From Octopus sinensis (lineage: Eukaryota), in the NCBI RefSeq assembly GCF_006345805.1, contig NC_043017.1, forward strand, positions 8,556,001 to 8,620,000: 64,000 nucleotides of DNA, given 5' to 3'. The translations under genes were made by a program, and so were the position numbers. The notes below the pieces were generated by a model that saw nothing but the letters and a program-made list of their open reading frames with translations, was not told the DNA's origin and ran no database searches. The first letter of the stretch is position 1; each line of letters opens with the position of its first letter. Shown piece by piece: positions 25,320 through 39,029 of the stretch.

Positions 25320-26816
25320 GTGAGTACTAGCACCATCATCATCATCATTCCTCCTCCTCCTTCTCCTTCTCCTTCTTCTTCTTCTTCTTCTTATTATTAT
25401 TATTATTATTATTGTAACCTTTCTTTACGTTCTGAATTCAAATTCCACCGAGGTTGACTTTGCCTTTCATCTTTTAGGGGTCAATAAAATAAGTACCAGT
25501 TAAGTACTGGGGTCGATGTAATCAACTTACCAAACTCACAGCCCTTGTGCCAAAATTTGAAACCATTATTATTACTAATGAGTGAGAGAGCAGCACATGC
25601 CATCGGAGTGACGCCTGTGTACAAAAATATATGAATCCTAATATGCCCATCATGACTGATAAAGGTACATCAGACACATGCATCACAACTATATGTGTGT
25701 GACATGGTAGCCATATATCAAGATAAACAGTGCATGTCTTTGCAGGTGGTGCCCTGTTAGCATTTTCTTCAGGTCGAGTAGCCCGTCCCACTCAAAAGGT
25801 CCCTAGATAAGGGTTGTTTAAGGATGTTGAATGAAACACCCATATTTCCAGAGGTGAATTATTCAAACCCCAAAGAATTCCTCTCAACACATGGCTATGA
25901 TGCTCCCCCACTACTTCTGCTCGTGGTCAGAGATGCACATATTGTCAGCCACTAAGGGACATGCTCAACTGGTTACGGTCAAGCAACTGACAAGCAAATC
26001 TGTGGCTGCTGCTGCTGCTGTTGTTGTTGTTATTACATAAGGTGGCAAGCTGGTGGAATCGGTAGCATGCCAAGCAAAATGCTTAGTGACTTTTTGTCTA
26101 TCGTTGCATTCTGGGTTCAAATTCTGCCGAGGTTGACTTTGCCTTTCATCCTTTTGGGGTTGATAAAATAAGGACCAGTTGAGCACTAGGGTCAATGTAA
26201 TCAACTAAGCCCATCCCCCAAAATTGCTGGCCTTGTGCCAAAATTTGAAACCGTTATTATTACAGTATTTCATCTAGCCCCTTATGTTCTGTGTTCAAAT
26301 CCCACTGAGATAAGTTTACCTTTCATCCTTTTAGGGTCGATAAATTAAGTAGCAGTTGAGCCCTTTGTAATCACACAGCCACTACTGAAAAAAGGACAAG
26401 GGTTGCTCTCATAATTTGCACAATATTGCCCTTGTATTGATGCAATTAGTCCACATTACTCCATGAGGAGTATAGGAACGGTTTCCTGGTTTCTCTGGGG
26501 TATATATTTCTTCCTGGATGGGACGCTGGTCTGTTACAGGATTAATCAATTTTTTACCAGCTGAAAGGACTGGAACAACTTGAAATGAAGTCTTTTAATC
26601 AAGAACACACAATGCAACACCAGAACCAGGAATCGAACCCTCAATCTTACGATCATGTGCCTCAACTTGGCCTTCGTAAACCCTAAACCTAGAACACCTT
26701 AATAGCTTAATCAAGAACTGAATCCCATTATGGGTAGATGAAGACAAAAGCTGTTAGAAGTTCCTGCATCGTTTTCCAAGAGTTCTAACAAATGTTTCTT
26801 TTTTTCTTTGTTTCAG

Positions 26817-26891
26817 GCCAACTGAGAAACCATCTGGAAAGACGACATTTGCGAGTATCAAGGAAAAACTCAGAGTCAATCAAATTAAAAA
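26817..26891 (+). CDS. Myo3: Myosin III tail exon (PTEKPSGKTTFASIKEKLRVNQIK)
   Basis: Long polypyrimidine tract plus cAG, AA|GTATTT donor, 75 nt, phase 2-2. Confidence 0.75.
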
Positions 26892-26940
26892 GTATTTGCA
26901 ATTTTACTGTTTATTTCTCTTGGATATTCTTATCATTCAG

Positions 26941-26996
<56 letters not shown>

Positions 26997-27944
26997 TATA
27001 TTATATAGTATGTATATATAATAATATATATAGTATATATATGCATATACATAGTGTATATATTGCATATATTATACAATATCATATATATATATATATA
27101 TATTATATACATGTATATATATATATATATATGCATATATATATATGTATATATATGCATGTATACCTTATATAACCCACACATATGACACATTTGATAA
27201 ATATATAAATATGTATTTCAACAATTCTGTGAATACTTCAGTATTTCTGGGGTATTTTTTTTTCCTGATATTTCCTCTCCTTGAGTAAGCATTTACCATT
27301 CCAAAATGAATGCAGTAATTCTAAGAAATATATTGATTATATTGTGGGAATGCTCCCTAATTTTTGCATCGTAAACCATAGGATTACTGGAGCATGTCCA
27401 AATTAAGGTTAAACAACATCATCATCATTATCATGCATACAAATATCTCCCTGATTTCATATTACCATTCCATATAAGATTCCTTGCTTTGATTCTTGTT
27501 GATTATATTGTGAAGAAATTTCGTAATTTGTGAAGAATTCATTAATTTTTTATTGCTATGTTGACATCATTTAGAACAGGTAAGTTTGTAAGACTTCCAT
27601 GTGTGTGGGGTGCATGTGTGTGTGTGTCTGTATATGTTATACAGTTGTGTTTGTGTACATGAATAGTTGTGTGTATGTGTGCCCATTTGTGTGTGTGTGT
27701 GTGTGTGTGTATTTGTATGTCTTTATATGCCTGGACACAAGGGTTGTTCAGTGGTTAAGATGTTTACTTCTCAATCACAAGGTTTCAAGTTCAATCCCAT
27801 TTAGTGACAGCAACTCTCCTCTTCTGTAGTCCTTGGTCATTCCAAGCCCCGTGAAGTGAAATCGGTTTGATAGAAACTGTATGGAAGCCTATCAGTTGAA
27901 GGTCAACATTATCACACAAAGTCAGTTTCATGTTGATGTTAAAC

Positions 27945-28183
27945 CTGTTGTTCCCAACTGAGGTCCATATGGCCCTTGGTGGGGGTCTGTGTAGGATTTT
28001 GTTGTTAAAATTTGTGCAGTGAATTACTTATACTTCCACAATACACAAGATATTTTAAGAATTATTTTTATACAATCCCTAATAATACTCAATTATAGAA
28101 ATTTGATGGGATTTTTTTAAACATCAAATGGGTTCATCTGAATAAAATGCACCTCAAAGGTAAAAAATGGTTGAGAGACACTG
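27945..28183. mobile_element. hAT (Charlie-like) MITE
   Basis: Decayed TIRs; TSD TGTTAAAC/TGTTAAAG; similar to the 40414 copy. Confidence 0.65.
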
Positions 28184-29192
28184 TGTTAAAGGGACAACTG
28201 TTTGTGGTATATTCAGCCACATTCCACACTATAATACATGATGGGCTTACCTGTAATTTAAAGGACCAGTCTTGATTCTCCCTGATGGTTATATTAACTC
28301 TTTTGTTACTGTATTTATTTTAAGATGCTCTGTGTTTCTTTCAATTCATTTTAAGTATATACAAAGAATTTAGTAAAATAACTAAGTTCTTCTTGTGACT
28401 AAGTTTTGGTGGAAGATTTTCATTCAAATCTTATGAACATAAGATATTTGTACTCAGAGCCAGAGCCGGTTCCAGCCGGGTTGGTAACGAAAGGGTTAAA
28501 GGTTCATGTCTGTGGAATGTCAGCCATTTACATTCCAGGACAACAATTTCTTCTGGCTTTTCATGTTTTAAGTTTAAATAATATTTCTCCATGGTCAGAC
28601 ATGTTTTCTATGACAGATTGGAATTGAGTACTGCTTACAACTATCATATGATGATGATGATGATCATCATCATCATCACCATCATCATCATTACCATCAT
28701 TTTCCATGCTGGCATGGGTTGGACGGTTTGACTGAAAACTGGTAAGCAGGGGAACTGCACCAGGTTCCAATCTGCTTTGGCATGGATTCTATGGGTGGAT
28801 GCCCTTCCTAATGCCAACTACAAGAGTGTAGTGGGTGGTTTTAACATGACAAAAAGACACAACACACACACACACACACATGAAATTCTTTCAGTTTCCA
28901 TTTACCAAATCCAATCACAAAACTTTGGTTGGCCTAGAATTGTAGTAAAAGCTGCTTGCTCTGAGGTGCCACACAGTGGGACTGAACCTGAAACCATGCG
29001 GTTGGGAAGCAAACCTCTTAACCACACAGCCATATCTGTATCTATATTTATATGTATTTATGTGTACATTCGTGTGAGTGTGTGTGTGTGTGAAAGAGAG
29101 TATTTTGTATCCTTTCCATCAATTGTTCTGTTGCAGCCGAAGACTCTGAAGTGAAGAATTTACCAATTTTCTTTTGTTTACTTCATCTTTAG

Positions 29193-31370
29193 GCCAATGC
29201 CAGAGGAATCTTTGCAGACAGATTCTCCAGAGAGCTCTGAGATAATGCCTCGGGCCAATAAACCCTATAACAGCACACAGCATAACTATAAAAAAAGCAT
29301 TGAGTATGATGATCCTCCTGCCCACGTCGGTATTGAGTATGAGAGGGAACAGCCTAGCACTAGTGCTACTAATGCTGTTGTAGTTAGTGATGTGCAGAAT
29401 AGTATGGATAGCAACCAGAAGCAGAATAACATAGAAACTACCATTAGTAATTCAGATTCTTCTGGGAAATGGATTGGGTCTGAACACAATATAGTCGTTG
29501 AGAACTATCAGTTCCCTTTGGAGGAAACGGCCAAGAAAGATAACCCAGAAATTATTAAGGAGCCGGAATATAATCGCAACCCTGTAGTTTTAGTCATTGG
29601 CAATACAAATAAAACAAGCAAAGAGAGTAACCATGTACAAAATAACAGTTGCCGTGTACTGCCTCCTGTTGGGGAAGATCTGACAATGGAGCGAAGGAGC
29701 ATCCGTCCTTCAAGGAAACTGTTGCCAAGTTCTGAAAACAAACTCTCCGCTGGCATTGAAGATGTGCAGTGGAGGGTGGATGAGTCTCGAAATTTTGATA
29801 CCACTGTAAAGCGATCGTCGGAATCGATCAACAAACTGCCAGTAAACGAGGAATACCACTGGATCAATACAATCGACGATTCAATCCGTACGATTTTGAA
29901 CAATCATCGTAGACGTAGTCATGATTTCCGTCAAAGTGGTTTGATGCCGCCTGATGTTAATAGACGAGCAAGTGATGGCGGTGAGATATACAACAACTGT
30001 CGAGTGTGCGAAGACTGCAACCCAGCGAATGTGAGGAACAGTGACTACCAAGAAGCTTGCTACAATGGTGGCCGAAAATTTCCTGTGTGTGCCGAGCCAG
30101 AAAGTTATCCGAAACCGAGTATTGTATTAGATTACCACTTTAACGAAAGCATCGACAATGATAGTATTAGCGTACATTTTGAGAAAGACTCGTGGCCAGA
30201 GATGGAGGATGAAGAAGACGAGGAGGAAGCTTTTCATCCAGCTTGTATTCTAGGAGGCTATTACTGTCAGGCCGATTTCAATGACAATGGGGACGAGACA
30301 AGCACCGATGAGAATGATTGGCCAAGTCTACAGAACTGCTCAGATCAAAACCGCAATGACAAAAACAGCTTATGTAATGAAATCCGGTCAAGAGCTCCCT
30401 GTATAGATACGCGACCCTACAGATCAAGATTTGGACGTAAAGACTTGTATAAATTAAAGAATCACCATTCTCACGAAGACAGAACTAGTTATAGTAGGTG
30501 TCACCTTGTGGAATCTAAACAAAGCCAAGAATTTGGAAATATTCACGCAGCATCTAAGGATTATGATTCCTGTTTAGGTATGAACTTTTTCTTAAGAATG
30601 AGCTTTGACGATGGCAGTCTAGTTGCAATCAGTGAAGAGACAATTAATTTGGAGGAGGCTAGCTCCGTGAATTATAGCGACTCAAATCACAGTGATGCAA
30701 AAGGAAGGACGTCACTGGAAGATTTCGAAAGTATAGGTGGCAGCACAGTCAGTGTGTTTAGTTTAAGTGTAGAGAACGACTCCAATGAACAAGCGTGCAG
30801 TATAAGCACAAACAGTTGTAGCTTTAAATCGAATATGGCTGATTGTGATACGTCCGACATCGAAAGCCAGAGGCCAAGCAGCGATGAGAGCAAGCAAAGC
30901 ATTCCTGAATTAAGTAGTCCTTTATTTCCTGTTGATAGATGTTGGCAAAAACTGGACGATTCCTGGTATTTAGGCAGCTGTGATAACTACTACATAGATA
31001 TTCCTTTTAGCCGTAGTTCTAGTCGAAGTAATTCTAGCTCACCTCTCTTATCTGCTTCCTCTACTGCTGCCACTGTTTCTTCCGACACGTTCGGCCGTTC
31101 AAAAGATTCGCAGTCGTTCATCAACGCCGATTCATCTAGTCCAGAAAATCCGTCCTACAGTAATACTTATCTATTTACCGAAGATCAAAGTAGATCCAGT
31201 TTGAGCAATAGTCATAGTTCTTTAGATACTAATCCATTCCAACCTCATACCATGTCGCCTGGGCATTTATTTAGGCAAAGCAGATCCGTGGAGATTAACA
31301 AAGCCCATGGAAGAGGAGAAATCTCTCAATGCTTGATTGCAAACACCATCGCCAGACCTCGTCTTGTTAA
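29193..31370 (+). CDS. Myo3: Giant 2178-nt exon encoding 726 aa of Ser/Asp/Asn-rich, probably disordered myosin III tail
   Basis: Uninterrupted ORF 29197-31593. Pyrimidine tract plus tttAG at 29191-29192; AA|GTGGGT donor at 31371, after which the sequence turns T-rich. Phase 2-2, in frame with both neighbours. Confidence 0.8.
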
Positions 31371-34300
31371 GTGGGTCTTTCTTCTTCATTTCTTCTTTCT
31401 TTCCTCATCAATGTCGGTTCGTGTTATTTTCCCTTTTTTTCTTTTTTGGTCAGTAATGTTTGTTCATTCAGTGCGTCTTTCTTTCTTTCTTTCTTTCCAC
31501 ATCAGATGTTCGTTCATTTGTGGTTTAATGTCTTGCTCTCAAAACCACACAAAAATGCATGATAACATTTTTTTCTTTCTTACATTGGCATGACTATTTT
31601 TGGTAAAACTATTATTACTGAGACCAAATTGGTTTACTGCCTTGTCTCCTTGCCTGTCCATCTGTTTCCGTTCCTTTGTTGAACTACACACTCAACGCAA
31701 CATATCTTGTTCCATTTCTATAGAATTTTTTTAAAGACATTTTTTTTTTGTTATTGCATCATGTTTCAGACTGTTCCCTTCTGCTATCCGTAGCCTGCAA
31801 GGAACCTTTTTTTTTTTCTTTTTCAACTTTTTTCTTAAATTTAATTATTCTTTAAAATTCTTTATTTAACTCTTATGTTTTTCTTCCATCTTTGCATGTC
31901 TTTGAGATGGGAAATTATACAAATCAAAATATTGAAAAAAATACCAAAAAAAAAACCACCCCAGAATAATGTATTTTTCAAAAAAGGAACATTACTTTCA
32001 AACACATTGTCATCACTGTATTGTTGTGTTACCTAACATGTACACACACACACATACACTTGCACACAATCACACACATACTCACATATGTGTTTGTGTA
32101 GTTATGTGTGTGTGTGTGTGTGTTTGTAAGCATGGTAAAGTGGACGGGAGTTTGCAGGAAATGAATATTACAACACAGTTGTTACTATATTGTTGAAGTC
32201 TTTTCACTAATGATCTTAAGAGAAGCATGAATGTCACATCATCACATATACTCTTCCATTAAAAGAAAAACAAATTTTCCATCTTCAAACTACATGGGAA
32301 TAACAAAAAAACATGGGAGATCATGGTGGTGTACTCTGCTAGAGGCACTACTGTACTCTCTCAAAGACATTGGTCTTCTCTCCTAAAGATGCTATGAAAG
32401 ACTTGAACAAACTAATGTGTAACAGAGACAATCTCTTTAATTTTCTATGTCCCATCAAAAGTGAAGACTCATTCTGACCTAGCAATACTGTGATTCAATG
32501 TAGTTAACCAGCATCTGTGTTTTTCCCAAAGTTTGGTGAAGTACATGTCTGAATCAGAGAACCATGCATCCAGGCAAAAGCAACAGGTTTCTAATTACTA
32601 TAATAATAAATGCAAGGTTTGCACAAATATGTTTTAGAAAATGCTTATTCATATGTTTATAAAGTTAAATACTTGGGTAACTCAATGGGATAGAAGTTGC
32701 ATTATGTGTTTGTCCTTGAATTAAAATTCTTTTTCAATGTCACACATAGGAAGAGTGAATGATATTGCTTAGATAAACAAGGCAGAAAATAATATATATA
32801 TAGTACAGGAAACTGGCAAAAAAATGAGACACGGTGAATTCATTCAGCTACCATCTTTCTACTGAAATACCCTGCATTTGTTTCAATTAGTTTTGAAATT
32901 AGTGAAGAATTTAGCAAAATATTTGCTATTATTAAGTTGTTGTTTGGAACATAAACTAACATAGAATTTTGATGAAAGTTTTTAATTTAGATTGCTTAAA
33001 CCTTTTTGCCATATTTCTGTTGAACTATTGTGCATTCATTTCAATTTCAAAAATAATAAAAAATTTAATAGAATAACTGTCATTATTCAGCTGGTGTTTG
33101 GAATATAAATTAACTTAGAACTTTGATAGAAGGTTTTGATGTCAATCACTTGAATCCTTTTGTTACCATATCTCTACAGAAATACATGACCTTTGTTTCA
33201 ATTGCTTTTTTTTAATACTGAAGAATTTAGTGAAATAACTGTCATTATTAAGGTGATATTTATAAGGTAGCAAGCTGGCAGAATGACAAGCATGCTGAGC
33301 AAAATGCTTAGCAGTATTTCACCTGTCTTTACATTCTGGGTTCAAATTCCACCGAGGTTAGCTTTGCCTTTCATCCTTTTGAGGTTGATAAATTAAGTAT
33401 CAATTGAGTGTTGGGGTTGATGTGATCGATTGATCCCCTCCTCAAAAATTCCAGGCCTTGTGCCTACAGTGGAAAGGATTATTGGGGTGATGTTAGGGAC
33501 ATAAATCACAATGAAATTTTAATGGAACTTTTTAATGAGGATCACTTGGAAACAGAAAATTTGTATCTTGGTAAACCAAGGCAGTTTCAGGCAGGTTCGT
33601 ATCAAAGGGGTTAAACAAAGCTTGTTCGTTAAGACTAGCTTAAATTAAAGTTTGCATATGAAAAACAGAATTCTGTTTTAGTGGTACTGACTTCTAATGG
33701 AAAAAACAAAGTGGAAACAACTTAAATTCTGCTTATAAAGCCAAAAATAGCCAAAATATTATATATACTGGCCTCTGAAAGTCCAGAAAAACTAATGAAA
33801 AGCAATTACTAAAATGTCACCAGGGCATAGTATGGCTGAATGGTTGAGAAGTTCTCTTCACAACCATGAGGTCCTGGGTTCAATCACATGTGGGGTACTA
33901 GGAAAATTTCATTTTCTTTAACTTTGGGGCGACTCATACCTTATTAGTATAATGAGGCAGAGAGTAACTGTGTTGGATGGATTGTGGTTGTAATTCAAAG
34001 ATATAGTTTTGTTTGCACTCACTGTTTCATGTTAATTCTGCCTCAGGGTTTCATTAAAGACACATGTGTCTCCTTCATGTTAATTCAGTTGATTAAAACC
34101 TGAAACCTCATTGTTGAAAGCTGGAAATCTATTCATGAATATACAAATATATATATAGATAAAACTTACTTGGAAAAGGATGCGTGGTGTTCGATCATAT
34201 AATAATATATCATCATCATCATCGATTAACGTCCATTTTCCATGCTGGCATAGGTTGGATGGTTTGACTGAGGTCTGGCGAGCCAGATGGCTGCACCAGG

Positions 34301-34783
34301 TTCCAATCTGGTCTGGCAGAATTTCTACAGCTGGATGCCCTTCCTAACACTCTGAGAGTGCAGTGGGTGCTTTTACAGATATGTATATTTATTGTGTATA
34401 TATGTGAATAATATATATATATATATATGTATATCAGGTGATTGACCAGACTATCCAATATTGTTATATGTCACTGGTCACAATGTGCTTTACATCATTT
34501 TAGCTTTTGAATGAGGCCACCCTGATGACTAAGCAAACAGGCCAAATATATATATATATATATATATATCCTCTTCCTCCTCATCATCATCACTATGTTC
34601 ATATCCCCTGCTGGACCCAAAGACTGCATTGTACTCCAGTGCGGAAGGCACTGCGGGTTCTTGTTGCAAGAGGACCTTCATGGCTGGTCAGGTTTAGAAG
34701 AGAGGGTGAATGGGGACTCAGGGACTAGGGGTGTAAGTGGGTGGATAAATAAATGTGTACGTGTATACATATATATATGTATA

Positions 34784-34822
<39 letters not shown>

Positions 34823-36578
34823 ATGTATGTATATGTGTGTATATATGTATGTATGTATATGTGTGCATATATGTATGTATGTATATGTGTGCATATATAT
34901 ATATATGTATGTATGTATATGTGTGCATATATATATATATATGTATGTATAAGTGAAGGCACATGACTTAGTGGCTAGAGCATCGGCTTACAATAATGAG
35001 GTAAGGAGTTTGATTTCCGGATCGGGCTGTGTTGTGTTCTTGAGCAAGACACTTTATTTCACATTGCTCCAATTCACTCATCTGTGGAAACAAGTTGCGA
35101 CGTCACTAGTACCAAGCTGTATCGGCCCCTTTGCCTTTCCCTTGGATAACATCAGTGGTGTGGAGAGGGGAGGCCGGTATGCATGGTCAAACTGCTGGCC
35201 TTCCATAAGCAACCTTACCCGGACTTGTGCCTCAGAAGGGAACTTTTTAGGTGCATCCCATGGTCATTCATGACCGAAGGGGGTCTTGGATATGTATATC
35301 TATATGTGTGTGTATTCTTCCATTATATGAAGAATTAAGGAATAAACTTCTTTACCATGTAATATATTACCATGATCTCACCAAGATATTGTAGAATTAA
35401 TTCTTCATGGATTCACCATTTTTCAGAACTTCAGCATGTTTTGTGTAGAGTAGTGAATTACTCACATTTGTTGTGTTAGTTTTCTGCATTCTCAGTCTGA
35501 ATAGAAATTTCTTTTTAAATTTTAATTTCAATTTTAACATGTAATATTCAAATATTTACAATATTTCAATAGATAATTTATTTTGATTAGATAATTAATT
35601 TTTCTGTAGATAGATACTTTTCTAATTTTCATTACATAAACCTACTTTTCTATTTATTTAATTTTCATGATATAACCTCAATACATAAATCCTATTCCAT
35701 ATACACATACGTAAATACGTATGTGTATTTATGTATCTATATGTGTGTGTGTGTGTATATGTATGTGTGGACTCGCAGTTGTAGGATTGCGGTTTCGATT
35801 CCCAGACCGGGCGTTGTGAGTGTTTACTGAGCGAAAACACCTAAAGCTCAACGAGGCTCTGGCAGGGCGTGGTGGTGAACCCTGCTGTACTCTTTCACCA
35901 CAACTTTCTCTTGCTCTTTCTTCCTGTTTCTGTTGTACCTGTATTTCAAAGGGGCCAGCCTTGTCACACTCTGTGTCACGCTGAATCTCCCTGAGAACTA
36001 CGTTAAGGGTCCACGTGTCTGTGGAGTACTCAGCCACTTGCACATTGATTTCACGAGCAGGCTGTTCTGTTGATCAGATCAACTGGAACTCTCGTCATCT
36101 TAACCGACGGAGTACCATGATGTGTATGTATATATTTACATGTATGTTTTGTGTGTTTATATATATATATGTGTGTGTGTCTGTGTGATAAAGAGTATTA
36201 CTTTTATCTCATGCTACACACAAAAGTGACCTATACATTGTCATTGACAATCTTATAGTACACGTATATATCGGTTGAAGTTCCTTCCACACCATAGCCT
36301 TATGCTAGTGTCCCAGAATTTAGGCATGCCTATCTTTGACAGATTTGCTTTCTTAAGAAGCAAAAAAATGTTAATTTGCTATTCTAGTTACTGCAAAAAC
36401 TTTCTGAAAATTGTGGATAGAGAAGTAACTACTAACAGTTAACATATATATGTAACCATTCGTTTGTGAGTGTGTGTATACATATATATATATATATGTG
36501 TGTGTGTATATACATATATATACATACATACATATATATGTATATATACATACATATATATGTATATATACATACATA

Positions 36579-36620
<42 letters not shown>

Positions 36621-38039
36621 CCACACACACACACACATCCTACATATCTGTATGTATATATTTTACTTATATTCCACCAAGTTTACAATGTAAATATTTC
36701 TCTCCCAGTCATTATTATTCTAAATACCAAACATGATAAGGTTATTAGAATTTTATATATATATCCAAAAAAGAGTTTAAAGGGATATATTATCATTTTG
36801 CCAGCTGGAGTTCTAAGTTTTGCTTGATGGTATATTCAATCAGTTGAAGTCTGTTATTTATAATGTTTGTATTTCAAATTGTGGCACAATACTTTAACAT
36901 CATCATCATCATAATAATAACAATAATAATAACAACAACGATGGTATTATCCAATAAAGAGACAGCAAATCAATTTATAGTTTATAATTGTATTGTATTT
37001 TATTAAAGGCAAATAGCTTGAAATAATTTTTTTATTTTATATCCGAAACAAATAGTAATGTTATACAAGAAATGTCTTAAGCAGAATTATAAGAAAATAT
37101 TCTTAAAGTATTGTGTGACTTCCCTTGATATAATTTATATCAAAGTTCTTGGATTCTTTTTATATTGAACTTTATTTAATTTCAGTTGTTCTCGCCTTTT
37201 TATTCTGAACCATTCATTTTTTAACCATTTTATTTGAAGTACTGTCCTAAACTAACACTACCGTTGACTCTAGGTTCTATGCCCTAGCTAACTCTACATT
37301 TGATCACAGTGCCTGGTCTTTAACTATTTACCATGCCTCATCATATTCTTAGACTATTAAGTATCTCCAAGTTTAATTGCAGTCTTTGACTACACATCCA
37401 ACTCTAGTTATTAGTTCTGTACTTAATGTATCTTTATACTTTACCACAATCTATATCTTTATAATATTTATTGAGAATAATTCTTGACACTTCAGAAAAA
37501 AAAAATACAGGTTTTAAGGGAAAACAATTCAAAGTTTGGGGGAGCTCTAAGGGTTCTTTTTGTTTGGACCAACATAACTTTTTGTATGCAAAGAATATTT
37601 AATACCTTTCAGAATTTCTGTCTCTTGAAAATATATGTCTGACAAAATATTTTGTTTCAACTTTAAGGCTCTTAAGGGTCTAAATATGTATTTATTTTCA
37701 CACTCAGACTTCACACGCTAAATGGCCTAACCATATTCTTATGAATTGGTTAACACCAGCACGCACACACAGAGGAGAATAAGAAATAGAAAGTCTTTGA
37801 TACATTATCATATATTTGAAAAAGAAATTGATAGAAATGGTTTTTTCTGATTATTTTTCCACTTTAATAATTAGATGTTTATAAATTATTATATGTTTAT
37901 CTAATAATTATTAAGGTGGAAAAATTATGTGAAAAAATATTTCTATTCATTTTTTAAAAATATGTTCCTATTTACTGTTTTATAGTCAGACACTAAATCA
38001 GAGAATCACTCAGTCCCTTTCAAAGAATAAGTCAGTAGT

Positions 38040-38230
38040 TACCGTATTTTAACATGTATAAGGAACCTGTTTTTGTCAAAAATTAGGCTTAAAAAATATG
38101 GGAGTCTCTTAAACAGGGATAGTATTATAATCCCTTTCAAAACCTTTTTTTCCAAATTTTAAGCCCCAAGAATTAGGGGATTCCTTATACACGATACACA
38201 AAGGTTCCTTATACATGTTAAAATACGGTA
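38040..38230. mobile_element. Tc2/pogo-type MITE
   Basis: About 28-bp TIR TACCGTATTTTAACATGTATAAGGAACC and its reverse complement, TA ends. Confidence 0.7.
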
Positions 38231-38370
38231 CTTTGAAGCTTTTAGCATAATTACCCTCATCAGACTGTCTACTAAGCCGAAACTTTGAAGTAACTGTTAA
38301 CTTTTTCCTGCAAAAATTATATATATATATATATATATCTGTAAATGTAATATGTGACAATTATTCGGTA

Positions 38371-38440
38371 GCCATGATAAAACTCTGAGTTTCGGATGCC
38401 GAGGTGGAAATCCATGCCACCATCTCTTCAGTTATCCGGC
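38371..38440 (-). ncRNA. Hammerhead-like motif in the antisense arm of the same element
   Basis: Reverse complement reads GATAA-CTGAAGA-GATG...CATC-C-GAAA-CTCAGAG-TT-TTATC, with a 5-bp stem I. Confidence 0.58.
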
Positions 38441-38527
38441 CATCGAATAGCTTTTGTCTTAAAAGCAGTAAATAACACAGTAATTTCCCTTTGTATAACG
38501 GTCACTTTTGATAGCATTTTTCTGATG

Positions 38528-38597
38528 GCCGAATAACTGAAGAGATGGTGGCATGGATTTCTACCTCAGCATCCGAAACTTGGAGTTTTATCTTGGC
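38528..38597 (+). ncRNA. Hammerhead-like motif in the sense arm of a Penelope-type inverted repeat
   Basis: AATAA-CTGAAGA-GATG...CATC-C-GAAA-CTTGGAG-TT-TTATC; GUU triplet. Confidence 0.55.
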
Positions 38598-38694
38598 TAC
38601 CAAATAATTGTCACATATTACATTTACAGATAAATTCCTCTATTTACATAATATCAAGGTCTCTTTCATTCTTTTGTTGTCTTACCGATTTTAT

Positions 38695-38731
<37 letters not shown>

Positions 38732-38989
38732 AATTAAGGACTGCACACGAAAAGTGGACAGTCAACATGCTAGATATAGACATTTCGTATATTTTTCACT
38801 TGTTTATTGCTTTGGTTTTGTTGAGTTTGATCTGAGAACGGCGATTTGACGTCTATATCTAGCATGTTGACTGTCCACTTTTCGTGTGCAGTCCTTAATT
38901 GGTATATATAAATATTTTAATCTTCGGATTCTTTCTTTAATATGCTAGAACACTGGTTCTAATTGATAAATATCAATTTTTACCCTAAA

Positions 38990-39029
<40 letters not shown>

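Larger units (their letters stand above)
38336..38697 (+). mobile_element. 5'-truncated Penelope-like insertion with inverted terminal-repeat copy
   Basis: About 110-bp inverted arms (38336-38446 and 38523-38632), (TA)n on both sides, hammerhead-like motif in each arm. Confidence 0.65.

Noticed and set aside
31371-31593. Hydrophobic C-terminus of the 798-aa ORF as a transmembrane anchor
   Set aside because: It starts exactly at a splice donor and reflects T-rich intron sequence; kept only as a possible read-through isoform.
36345-36430. Small exon candidate in the 10-kb intron
   Set aside because: Available AG/GT pairs do not give a phase 2-2 exon and the donor is weak.
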